Position numbers and translations under genes: made by a program. A stretch of 64,000 nt of DNA, taken from positions 374,604,001 through 374,668,000 of the forward strand of contig OZ024740.1 of the NCBI GenBank assembly GCA_964016885.1, given 5' to 3'. The DNA comes from Eledone cirrhosa. Its lineage: Eukaryota. A model generated the notes under the pieces. It was not told where the DNA came from. It saw only the letters and a list, made by a program, of their open reading frames with translations, and did no database searches. Below are positions 14,201 through 26,194 of the stretch, piece after piece; position 1 is the stretch's first letter, and every line of letters starts with the position of its first letter.

Positions 14201-14845
14201 ACTGATTATATCAGCACAAGATCAGTGTCTGCCAACAAAAAATTACCAAGCCAACATAATAAAAAATGGATGCAGCCCATTATGCCGTGTATGCAAAAAA
14301 CAACCAGGGACCATTGACCATATAATTTCAATGTGCAGTCCTATAGCTCCAACCGAATACCTAAACAGGCATGACAGAGCTGCACAATACATACATTGGA
14401 TAATGTGTAAGCATTTTGACCTGCTCCATCAAAAGAATTGGTGGGAGCATCAACCACCCATACTTGAAAATGATCACATCTCAATCTTGTGGAACTTTAG
14501 CATCCAAACAGACCGAAAAATCGATGCAAATGACCTGATATAATATTGAAGGACTTTAAAAAGAGGGTTTGCCTGCTAATTGATATGCCTGTTCCAATAG
14601 ACAAGAATGTATCTATAAAAACATTTAAAAAATTGAGCAAGTATAAGGACCTGGAAATAGAAATTGGAAAAATGTGGAAATTGGGAACTAAAACAATACC
14701 AGTGGTTGTAGGCGCTTTGGGAATGATACCTAAGGGGTCTAATGATTACTTATCGCAAATCCCAGGAAACCCGCGTATAGGAGAAATACAAAAGATAGTA
14801 CTAATGGGAACTGCCCATATACTAAGGAAGATTCTGTCAATATAA
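11212..14845 (+). pseudogene. Disrupted RT + CCHC + restriction-like endonuclease ORF (family A)
   Basis: KSPGKDKI, YRPITCL, WIDYKKAFDS, GIFQGDSLSPLLF, LFYLDDLKL, YKYLG, CRVC-H-C, RLE motifs across ORFs 11212/11770/12577/12804/13557/14546. Confidence 0.93.
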
Positions 14846-15030
14846 GTACATCACAACTCTAAACACTAAAGATGCATGTGTGAGTATGTATGTTCTTTCT
14901 TGAACATGGTGGACCTTTTTGTCTCTTGAGGTCACTGGTTGTGACTTGGTGATAACTCGTATGAACATAAAGCAAGATAATGAAACTGTAATAATAATAA
15001 TAATAACAATAATAATAATATTAATAATAA

Positions 15031-18000
15031 TTGTTTGTTTGTATATTTGTGTTCGTCTACAGCGTGATAATGCCACACAAAAGTCACGTCGAGTGACGAA
15101 ACCAGCGGAGACGATGAATTCACCGGTGGTTATGTAACCATACATTCGCCAATCCTCGATAAGAGGGTTTAAATGTCGAACCTAAACAGTTCGAATAACG
15201 GTGAAATGGAGACTAGAATGTCATGTGACAGACACTCATCCGACAGGTGCTCCCTGGCTCAGCAGCAGGGACCTGGCTCTCAACCAAATACTGCTGGTGT
15301 CGGAGGAAGAAGAAGAAGGAAAGGGACCAGAACCAACTGGACGAAATAATTGAATAGACCTGTTATGCAATGTTACCTGAAGAGTAACCCCAAAGAGAAG
15401 GGCTATAGGAAACGGATGCATAACACCTGGAACGAGATTGGTCTATTTAAATTAGATGAACAAAAATTGGTCGGGCAGGCTCGGGTACTACGGACTAATG
15501 GGTGGATAAGGGAGCTGGAACTGCAGGAACTGAGCAGAGAGATTAGGTTGGAAATGGAGAGTGGAGTATGCCAGGCAAACGAGCCAGTGAGAAATGAAGG
15601 CGAAGCGGTCGAGAGAACGGAGAAACCACTCGAAGCAGAAAATGATCTGAATGCTGAGATAAATAATACCTGGAACAGAGAGACGGCCACTGAGGAGATG
15701 AATGCTGACGGGCTAAGACAAGCTTTGGTTGATATCCTAAACTTAGTGGTAGATGAATTGAACAATGATAGTGGGAAACCTATGAACCTAAGATTTGTAG
15801 AAAAAGTTAAAAGAAACAACAGCTAAGGTAAACAAAGTCATCCCATACCTTGAGGCGAGGAGCCTTCACCAGTGCAACAATATCCTCAAAGCAACAGCAA
15901 ATACGGTGAGGAAACTACTTGGTATAAAAACGAGAGGAAACAACAAACAAGAAAGATCAGAGCGTTGGTGGAAGAAATGACTGAGTGGTCAAATCAGGGA
16001 AATGAGAAATGACATTGGAAAGCTTGAGTCCCTACTGAATGGGACACTAAAAAGCATAGACACTAAAAATAGACTGGAAATAAAGTACAAAACTAGGAGG
16101 AAAAAGCTAAATATTATCATAGAGGAACTGAACAACGCATTGTAGCAAAGAGTGCAAAAATTAGGCGATACGAGAACAGAGTCAGTCAGTATTGATAGAG
16201 CCGCATGTTCGATAACAACCAGAATATGCTGTTTGGAGAGCTTGAAGGGAAAGAAAGAGGCAACGACTTGATCCCTGAGGAGGAACAAACAAAACATTCT
16301 GGAGAGGATTATGGGAGCAGGATCTTAAACATAATGACCAGGCAGTGTGGATTGAGACAGTACAGAAGGAGTTTAGTGAACAGGCACACAAACAAACTGA
16401 TTTGAGTATCACAGTTGAAACTCTTAAGGGGCATGCCAAAAAACTAACCAACTGGAAATCACCAGGCCCAGATGGTGTGCAGGGGCATTGCATTAGAAAT
16501 ATAACATCCCTCCACCCGAAGCTGACAGCCATGTTCAATGACTCCTTGATGTTAGGTGAGGTACCAGAGTGGTTGACAAAAGGTACCACAGTTCTGATAA
16601 TGAAAGACCGAATCAAGGGTAATGATGTTACCAACTATAGACCTATCACATGTCTGTCCGTAATGTGGAAACTGTTGACAAGCATTATGTCTGAGGAAAT
16701 CTACCATCAGCTCCACACAGACAACTTGTTACCGGACGAACAGAAAGGATGCCGAAAGAAGTCACGTGGTACAAAGGACCAGTTACTTATTGATAAGATG
16801 GTAATGAGGAATTGCAAGAGGAGACACACTGGTCTTGCCATGGGATGGATAGACTACAAAAAGGCATTTGACATGGTCCCTCATTCTTGGATCACCAAAA
16901 GCCTAGAGATATTCAAGGTGGTAGATAACATCAGACAGTTGTTGGGCAAAAGTATGAAGTCCTGGGAAACAGAGTTAACATCAACTGGAGAATCCTTGGG
17001 AAGCGTGAAGATCAAGAGAGGTATCTTCCAGGGAGATGGTCTGTCCCCTATGTTGTTTGTCCTTGCCCTGATACCCCTGACCAGCGTACTGCGAAAAGTG
17101 AGAGCAGGATACAGGTTGGGAAAGGGAGGGCTTACCATCAATCACCTCCCTCTTCATGGGCGATCTAAAGCTCTTCGGGAAGAGTGAGAAGGAGAAGGAT
17201 GTGCTTGTTGACACTGTCCGTATTTTCAGCAATGATATATGTATGCAATTTGGTATTAGTAAGTGTGGAGTCCTTGTGATGAAGAGGGGTAGATTGAGCA
17301 GAAGTAACGGAATCCAGGTACAAACAGGTGAGATGATAAAGGAAATTGACTCTGAAGAAGGATACAAGTATTTGGGTGTTCTGGAGTCTGATGACATCAA
17401 GAACAAGAAAATGAAGGAATTGATAAGAACTGAATACATTCGGAGAGCAAGGAGCGTATTAAAGTCACATCTGAACAGTAGGAATGCCATAAGTGCAGAA
17501 CATTCCGAGCTGTGTCTATTATTAGGTACAGTGCGGGAATTCTGAGATGGAATGTTGCTGAACAAAAAGAAATGTATAGGAAGACTAGGAAGCTATTGAC
17601 TATCTACAACATATCCCACAAGAGGAGTGATGTCGATAGATTCTACTTAAGGAGATCTGAAGGTGGAAGAGGTCTTATCAGCATAGAGGACAGTGTTCAG
17701 ATGGATAAAAACAACCTACACAAATACGTGACTGATAGTAAGGAGCCAATGCTCAGAACTGTACTGAAGGAGAGGAGAATAGACCAGGGGATGTCCAAGG
17801 AGGAAATAACATCAATGAGAAAGAGGAGCTCTCAGGAAAAATCCCTTCATAGTACCTTTGAGAAAACTGAATTCAGAGATCCACAGACATGGAACTGGTT
17901 GAAAAGAGGAGACCTTAAAAAGGCTACAGAAGGAATGTTAATGGCTGCGCAGGAGCAGGCCCTCAAAACGAAGTGGTTGAAACACCATATTTACAAGGAG

Positions 18001-18661
18001 GAGGCTAGCCCACTGTGCAGGATCTGTGGAGAGAGAGAGGGAACTGTGGTTCACATGATATCCGAGTGTAAACACCTAGCCCAGACTCACTATAAGGGCT
18101 GGAGACATGATGTGATGGGCAGGGTGACCCACTAGCACCTATGCAAATAAACAATTTACCACATTCTGAGAAGTGGTATGAGCATAAGCCAGAGTCGGTG
18201 ATAGAAAACGATCAGGTGAAGGTGCTGTGGGATTTTAGGATACAGACGGACAAGAAACTGGAACACAATAGACCTGACCTGGTGGTTGTGCACAAAGAAA
18301 AAAGATCGTGCCTGATTGTGGATGTGGCCTGCCAATTCGACACGAGAGTGCAAGAGAAGGAGCGGGAGAAAATTAACCGATACCAGGACTTAAAGTGGGA
18401 GGTAAAAAGGATTTGGAACTGCCATGAAGTCAAAGTGTTCCCGATTGTCATAGGCGCACTAGGTACTATCTCAAAACGTTTCCAGGGATGGTTAAAGAAA
18501 ATTGGCCCCTTCACGCTTTTTGGAACGCTTCAAAAGGCATGCTTGCTGGGAACAGCAAGAACCCTCCGATACGTCCTGAATATCTGAGGCTGCAGGTAGT
18601 GGCTTGATATTAATTTCAACAAACTTTCCAGTTAACTAACATCAATGACTGAGACTCAAAG
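15031..18661 (+). mobile_element. R4/Dong-like RLE LINE, family B copy 1
   Basis: Starts right after (TAA)n; ORF about 15173-18587; 3' UTR then (TAA)n. Confidence 0.93.
15173..18587 (+). pseudogene. Disrupted RT + CCHC + RLE ORF (family B)
   Basis: WKSPGPDGV, NYRPITCL, WIDYKKAFD, GIFQGDGLSP, YKYLG, CRIC-H-C, NRPDLVV..D..K..Y. Confidence 0.92.
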
Positions 18662-18687
18662 AATAATAATAATAATAATAATAATAA

Positions 18688-20436
18688 AACGCACATGGTG
18701 GATATAAATCGTTATGGAATCGCTCCCATAAGTTTTTGATTTTTACTTACTTAAACCAATTGTGATAGAATAATTCTTATTACAAATGACGTATAAGATT
18801 GCAGTTTTTACGCTCAGCAAGCCATGGCGATTCACTTTACGGCTTAGGGCCCCAATATTTAATATTTAATTTTGGATCAGAAATATTATAGTCGGAAAAG
18901 AGGAAAATGGCAAAATGGCTAAATAATTTCACTACCAACACCACCACGCCAACAATTCTAGTCAAGTTACCTCAACTATTTCTACTTCAACTTCAACACC
19001 ATCATCACTACAGTACTACGATCACATCACCACCACCACTGCCTCATTATCCCTACCGCCGCTATTCTCTCCCACTACCTCCTGCTAAGTACTACTAGCA
19101 CAGCACCACCACCACCACTGCCTCATAATCGCTACCGCCGCTATTCTCTCCCACTACCTCCTGCTAAGACATGCATCGTAGTACCCCGACTAAAAGAGGA
19201 AGGCATCAACAGCTATATAAATAGACTGATTTGATGACCAAAAATCAAAATCAAAACAGCACAGCAACAACGAAAAACGTAAAGAAAAGAAAAATGAAAA
19301 GAAAAACAGACAGAGAAGGAGGAAAAAAAAAAAAAAAAAAAAGTAAGTCAGACATTCAAACATTACATTACAATAAAACTCATGCTTATTCTTTTTTTTT
19401 TTTTTTTTACCTATTCTTTTGTTTGTTTATTTATGTTCGTCTACAGCGTGATAGTGCCACACTAAAATCACCGGTGGTTATGTAACCATACATTCACCAA
19501 TCCTCGATAAGAGTGTTTAAATGTCGAACCTAAACAGTTCGAATAACGGTGAAGTGGAGACTGGAATGTCATGTGACAGACTCTCACCCATCAGGTGCTC
19601 CCTGGCTCAGCAGCAGGGACCTGGTGTGAACCAAATACTGCTGGTGTCGGAGGAAGAAAAAGAAGGAAAGGGACCAGAACCAACTGGACGAAAGAATTGA
19701 ATAGAACTGTTATGCAATGTTACCTGAAGAGTAACCACAAGGAGAAAGGCTATAGGAAACGGATGCATAACATCTGGAACGAGATTGGTCTATTTAAATT
19801 AGATGAACAAAAATTGGCCGAGCAGGCTCGGGTAATAAGAACTAATGGGTGGATAAGCGAGCTGAAACTGGAGGAACTGAGCAGAGAGATTAGGTTGGAA
19901 ATGGAGAGTGGAGTATGCCAGGCAAACGAGCCAGTGAGAAATGAAGGTGAAGAGGTTGAGAGAACGGAAGAACCATCCGAAGCAGACAATGATCTGAATG
20001 CTGAAATAAATAATAACTGGAACAAAGATACAGCCATTGAGGAGATTAATGCTGACGGGTTAGGACAAGATTTAGTTGATATCCTAAACTTAGTGGTAGA
20101 TGAATTGAACAATGATAGCGGGAAACCTATGAACCTAAGATGTGTAGACAGGAAAAAGTTAAAAGAAACAACAGCTAAGGTAAACAAAGTCATCCTATAC
20201 CTTGAGGCGAGGAGCCTTCACCAGTGCAACAATATCCTCAAAGCAACAGCAAATGCGGTGAGGGAATTACTTGGCATAAAAACGAGAGGAAACAACAAAC
20301 AAGAAAGATCAGAGCGTTGGTGGAAGAAATGACTGAGTAGTCAAATCAGGGAAATGAGAAATGACATTGGAAAGCTTGAGTCCCTACTGTAGCAAAGAGT
20401 CCCTACTGTAGCAAAGAGTGCAAAAATTAGGCGATA
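18688..20436 (+). mobile_element. Family B copy 2 (long leader plus 5' ORF part, internally deleted, 3' truncated)
   Basis: 19418-20436 matches 15031-16171 with deletions and a 19-bp tandem duplication (ccctactgtagcaaagagt x2). Confidence 0.88.
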
Positions 20437-20985
20437 CCACTATTGCTGCCGCTACTTGTCTTACTGGTGGTGCTGAGATCGCTATTACAGGTATCGGTGT
20501 CATTGTTGTTGTTTTCGTTGGTACCGTTGTTGATGTTGTTGTTGTTGTTTTCGTTGATACTGTTGCTGTTGTTACTGTTATTGTGGCTGTTGTTATTATT
20601 GTTGTTTTTGTTGATACTGTTCCTACTATTATTGTTGTTGTGGTTGTTGTTATTGTCATTTTTATTGTCGTTCTCGACCTTACCGCTGTTATTTTTGTTA
20701 TTGTCGTTCTCGACTTTACCGCTGTTATTTTTGTTGTTGCTGTTGTTATTGATGGTGTTGTGGTTGGTGTTGTTGGTGTTATTGTTGGTGTTGTTTGTGT
20801 TAGAAACATTTGTTAATTTTAAATCTGTAACAATCTTATTTTCCTTTGTAATATTTTCGTTTGTAATATATTCGTTTACCTCCGCTGGAACGCTGTCTTA
20901 TTGACATGCTGATAAAGTCTCCCTCTCTCTGTGTTGTCTGACAGCGCTCTCTCTGTTTCTTGTGTTATCTATGTTGAATATAATG
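20437..20985 (-). mobile_element. Low-complexity Thr-rich segment, possibly the 5' UTR/ORF1 start of an L1/Tx1-like element
   Basis: (ACA/ACC)-rich minus strand similar in character to the Pro/Thr-rich ORF1 region at 29.8-30.3 kb; sharp junctions with both Dong copies. Confidence 0.35.
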
Positions 20986-23927
20986 AAGGGGAAGGTATCA
21001 CTAGACATGGGTGGTGCTAGCAACATATATAAATAGACTGACCTAGTGACTCGGTCAAACGTCAACGACTATGGCACTGCTGGATCCTCCCGTCCCCACC
21101 AACAATAGAAAAAGCCCCAGCACCACCACCGACATAGCCAACAACAATGACAGGCATCTTCAGCAAAACCTATATTATATTATTAATAATAATTTCATTC
21201 TTAAGCCACGCAATGCTCACATTAAGGAACCACTCATGATAATAACAATTTAAAAAACAACAAAAAAGAAAACCCTGTGACCAAGAAATACCGGGATGGC
21301 GGCCGGCGGGAAATAGCCGTGTCTCTAGGGGAGGACGACACATCTAGTCTTGGTTGACACTCGTCTAAGAAGTGGTAACACGAAATGATTACCCCTTGGC
21401 GGTTAAGGATAAAACGCGACAAAATAAAGTAAATGTCAAATCATAAAATCTCATACCGGATCGGCCGTCAACCGGGTCAAAAAGGGACGCGTCCCTCAGA
21501 GAGGAATCAGACTGGGGTCGAAAAATCAGCTAATGGTTCCAACCTTCCCATCACTTCGGAGCTGGAGACCTCCCATAACCGGAATACTCCTACTACTCGC
21601 CCTCCATGCTCACCACCAAGAAATCCACAGAAAAAGAGAGAAAAATGGTCAAGGGAAGACAATAAAGAAGTCCTTGAGGCTTTCTACACTGCCATGTACA
21701 ACCCATCAAATAGATCTAATGCAGAACAGACATATATCAACTGGAAAAAGAAACATTCCGAAAACACAGGCTATATGAACAGTAACAAACTAGCCAATAT
21801 AGGAATAAATATTGTTTAAAACAAGTTACTAACTGATATAGAAATTGATCAGATCAAGCTATTAGCACAAAGTCAGCGAAGGGAAAATGAAACATGTGTC
21901 AGTGAAAACGAGGTAAATTGTAACACGTCGAATCCCAGGGTTGGGGCGGAATCACTGACAACAGAACAAATTAAAGAAAGGAGCGACAAAGTGGAGGGAG
22001 TGAATGCTCAAGATGAAACTCAAAATGAAAACAATGAGATCGTAAATGATAAAAAAATGAATGAGAATGAACTTGCCAACTTGAAGGAGGAAATTATGAT
22101 CGAATGGATGAAAATAGAAGAATCAGACATGGGGAAACGAGACACCCTCCCTAAGATCCAGGACTCCAAACAGAACCTACAGATAATACATAAGACTAAC
22201 ATAACTCTAAAAAATATTATCATCATAAACAAACTAAACATTACCGATTTATATCATCTCTATTATGCATAGGCTAAAGTCATCACTCACTTATGTGGCG
22301 TGAAAATGAAAAAAAACAAAGGAATTCCCACAAGATATCTACTTGACAAGAGAACATCAATCGCCAAATAAACCCCCTCCGATCTGACATAGTCATTTCA
22401 ACAAACTACAAAGTAGGTGAACATGTTAAACACACTAAACTTAGAAAATTGAAAAGAAAATACAGTTTAAAATCAACAAGTGACATAGACATGCTGATAG
22501 AAATAATCAAGCAAAAAGAGTCGGCCAAAGCTGTCGTATAAGGCGCTTTGAAAGACGATATATATTCTATAAAGACAATGATATGTTCAAAAACAACCAA
22601 AGAAACTTCTACATGGGGCATGTATATTATGAAAAAGTTCATAATATACATGCCCCATGGACAGACAGGCAAATGAAAGATACAGCTCACCTTGAGGAAC
22701 AAATATGGGAAAATATAACAGTTGAACACTTGCGTTTGGCTCTTAGAATAACCAGCAAATGGAAATCCCCAGGAAAGGACAAAATACAATTTTTTTGGAT
22801 AAATGCCTTCACAGAGTCTCATGAGCCCAACTTTACAATGAAATAGTTAAGGAGCCAGAAAAGATACCATCATGGCTAGTTAACGGCATTACATTCCTGC
22901 TTCCGAAGAATGATGAGTCAAACAATCCCCAAAATTACAGACCGATAACTTGCTTGACCACAATGTATACAATTCTAACATCAGTCCTGATGACCACCTG
23001 ATAACAAATGATCTATTTCCCAATGAGCAGAAAGGGTGTAAACGAGGCTCATATGGCTGTAAAGATCAGCTTTTGGTTAACAAAATGATACTGGAAGATT
23101 GTCATATTAGACACAAACATCTATCAATTGCTTGGATAGTTTATGAAAAAGCATTCGATAGTTTGCCACACAGTTGGATTGAAAAATGTTTAGAGATTTT
23201 AAAAATATCTTCCGTCGTCAGGAGGTTTTTGTCATTCAGTATGAAGACATGGAAAACGACACTCCTTTGATGAACAATTGCAAGGGCTATTATCCACTGT
23301 GGAACAGTTCAGTGATGGCATTAAAATGGAGTTTGGACTAGATAAATGCGCCAAAGCAACGTTCACCAGAGGAAAGCTGCTGACAAGCTCAGACATTAAT
23401 CTTGATCGGGGGATTGTGATAAGAGAACTTGAGCAAGAGGAAACCTACAAATATCTAGGTGTCTGTAAAGGAGACGGAATCAAGCACTCGACGATGCGGG
23501 AAAGGATACAGAAGGAATGTTACCGCAGAGTAAGAGCAATCTTAAGAACGGATTTGAATGCAAGGAATAGGATAGATGCCATAAACACGCTTTCCTACAG
23601 TTACAATGTCATCAACTGGTCAAGCACAGAGATCCGTAGGCTCGATACAAAAATTTGAAAATTCTTAACCATGCACAGAATGCATCACCCTAAGGCAGAT
23701 ACAGATAGAATATATCTCCCTAGGAAAGAAGGAGGACGTGGGTGATTCCAGTTAGATATTGCGTTGAAAACTGCAATAATTGGATTATCTACATATCTAA
23801 GGGAATCGCATGATTGGATGATCAAACTTGTTTTGAAATACGAAAGCATCAACAATCATACTCCATTACAAAAGATGCACAAAGATACAGTAATGGACTA
23901 CCAATGTCAGAAGTCCCATTTACTGCT
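20986..23927 (+). mobile_element. Family A copy 2 (more diverged, internally deleted, 3' truncated)
   Basis: Colinear with 10693-14006; deletions remove the SIPPKEE region and the QGD/YLDD region; ends at ...cccatttactgct. Confidence 0.92.
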
Positions 23928-25925
23928 CTCAACGCTGATTTTCTTTTTCAAATTCAATTTGAAAAACTTAATCAGGGCATCACCGAAGAGGCATGTGCTC
24001 GTCTTCAGCACTTTCACACGCGTCCACCATACTATCTCTTTCGCCATGGTCACCAGACAGATAAACATTGTCTGTCCTTCCCGGCTAAAGTAAGAGGGCG
24101 GGGCAATCCGCACGATGCTCTCAGCTGATAGCCGGATTCGTTCTACACGCGAAAGCGGTTGTTCGATATATAAACCCACAAGTCAGCAATGCTCAGACAC
24201 TGGCAGACTGCGTGCAGGACGGATACGTCGCCCTGCGCGCATCACGGACATGCCCTGCTGACGGAACTTCCATGTCTGTAGAGTTTATCCCGAATTGGAA
24301 AAGCTCCTCAGTAGCACTGCCAAGCCAGGGATTTCTGGAAGTTGTCCATAGACCCCGGCCCGGAAGTTCTTCCGAAGAGATTGGCTAGTTGATATTCGTC
24401 TTCGCCTAGAGTTTCCCCAAGTACGTCGTCGCTCTTCCTCTCCACTAATCCTCTATAGAACGCCAAGCTGGAGTTTCCGCCGACCATATTACCCAACTGT
24501 GAACGCCTGAAGACATCTCAGTCTCCAAGCACTCCCCCAGTCTCCAAGCGCTTGGCCCAGGACTGCAGCTCTGTCAAGGAGACGAGCTGGGGAAATACGC
24601 GTCTAGCAAACGACGATCACACCTGATCACCGTCAAGCAAGAGGTGGAGATGTTGTAGCCTGAGCGCGTGACTGCGCATCATCAGCCACGGCATGCCCAG
24701 CCCTCCACGTAGCTGGTGTTGACAGGAGATGGACCGCCTGATCATCGGAGCGCATCCCTTCCACAAAAAAGCGAAAGAGCAAACACTCCAGCGCAGTCAG
24801 GCGAGACTTATGACAAGGCACCACGGTCAGGCGGTAGTAGATGACGCATTTGCCACCTCCGCTCTACCTTTCTGGGATAGCTTCCTCTCTGCCCATTTCT
24901 GGGTGAGAGAAGCCACCCTGCTCGTCCGCTCGTCCCATGTTTTGTCCGTCTGGAGGTCCGGACCGAACCAGACCCCTATCAATTTAATCGGTCCGTCCTT
25001 CCAGCATCCGACGACGCTGTTGGACGGCATGTCCTGCCTCTCCAGGTGCCGAGCTGCAGGGCCACTGAGTTTTCCTGGTTGACCTTTGCTCCTGTCACCG
25101 CTTCGTAATCTCTTAGTGTAGTGCCGATCGGCAGCATGTGTTTGGCGTTCGACAACACTACGGTGACATCGTTAGCATATGCTGACACGGATCTTCCGCA
25201 TCCTTGTTCGCGCTGGACCCACCTCAACGTCTCCAGTTTGTGCAGTAATGTCTCGAATTTCAATACCTACAAGAGGGACGAGAGGGGACATCCTTGGCGG
25301 ATCGAGCGCATGATGTTGAACGTTTCCGAAAGGTGACGGTTCACTCTCACCAAAGAGCATATGTCGCTGTGCATGGCAGCGATCTAGCCTCAGAAGACGG
25401 GCCCAAAGCCAGCCGCCCTCAGGACTGCCGCCAGATAACGATGGTCAACCCTATCGAAAGCTTTCGACTGATCTAAATTGATCAAGAACCCACCCGTGCC
25501 AGGTTCCTTAGCTACCCTCTCGCATAAGGTGGAGGTTGCCGTGGATAGATCTGCTTGGAATGGCGAATATCTGCGCCTCTCGCACCAGACCACCAACCAC
25601 AACACCAACCTCTTTTCTAGCACCTTGGTCAAAATCTTGAACTCTGTGTTTAGCAGAATTATGGGCCTGAAATTAACTATGTTATTCCCCTGTTTCGGAT
25701 CCTTTCTCAGCAGCGCCACCGCTCCTCGGCTCTCAGAGTTGGGAATTCTCCCGTTGCCAGTTGCAGTAGACATCCGCCAAGAGGCCTCCCAACAAGTATG
25801 GCATCTGTACGTAAAGCTCATTCGGGACCATTGTACGGTTTTCGTCCCCTGGTGTCTTAGAGAACGCACCCTAGCTTTGACAACGCAGCCTTTGTGCTCT
25901 TCATTGAAGAATTGGTCACAAGTGC
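23928..25925 (-). mobile_element. L1/Tx1-type LINE ORF2 fragment (degenerate)
   Basis: NFRPIILLNTEFKIL, LDQSKAFDRVDH, SAYANDVT, GPIKLIGVWFG. Confidence 0.88.
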
Positions 25926-26194
25926 TGACATCAAGAAATACATTACAGACACACAATAAGGTACTGGACGGTACGATGTGGGTTTTGTGTGTGTAAAGTT
26001 TTTTAATTATTTATATAAGAAACAAAAAAGAAAAATATACATATAAACATATATATATATAAACAATAAAAATGAAAAAATTCAAACAATGAAAAATTCC
26101 CCAATAGGGGGGAATCCTCCGATGTTTACTCGTTGCTAAAAACACACAAACGACCACGGCCACCCTGACCACCAGGGCAAGCGCCTTCTCTCAA

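Larger units (their letters stand above)
10067..14988 (+). mobile_element. Full-length R4/Dong-like RLE LINE, family A copy 1
   Basis: About 1.15 kb leader, single ORF 11212-14845 broken by stops and frameshifts, short 3' UTR, (TAA)n tail. Confidence 0.93.

Noticed and set aside
15082-15100. Hammerhead in the family B 5' UTR (stem plus GAAAC)
   Set aside because: No CTGANGA upstream of the stem; kept only as part of a structured UTR
19028-19168. Roughly 60-bp tandem duplication in the family B leader
   Set aside because: Ordinary slippage in ACC-rich low-complexity DNA
20418-20904. Hydrophobic Val/Leu-rich 'membrane protein' ORFs (also 29793-30425 and 57933-58484)
   Set aside because: Antisense shadows of Thr/Asn-rich low-complexity TE sequence
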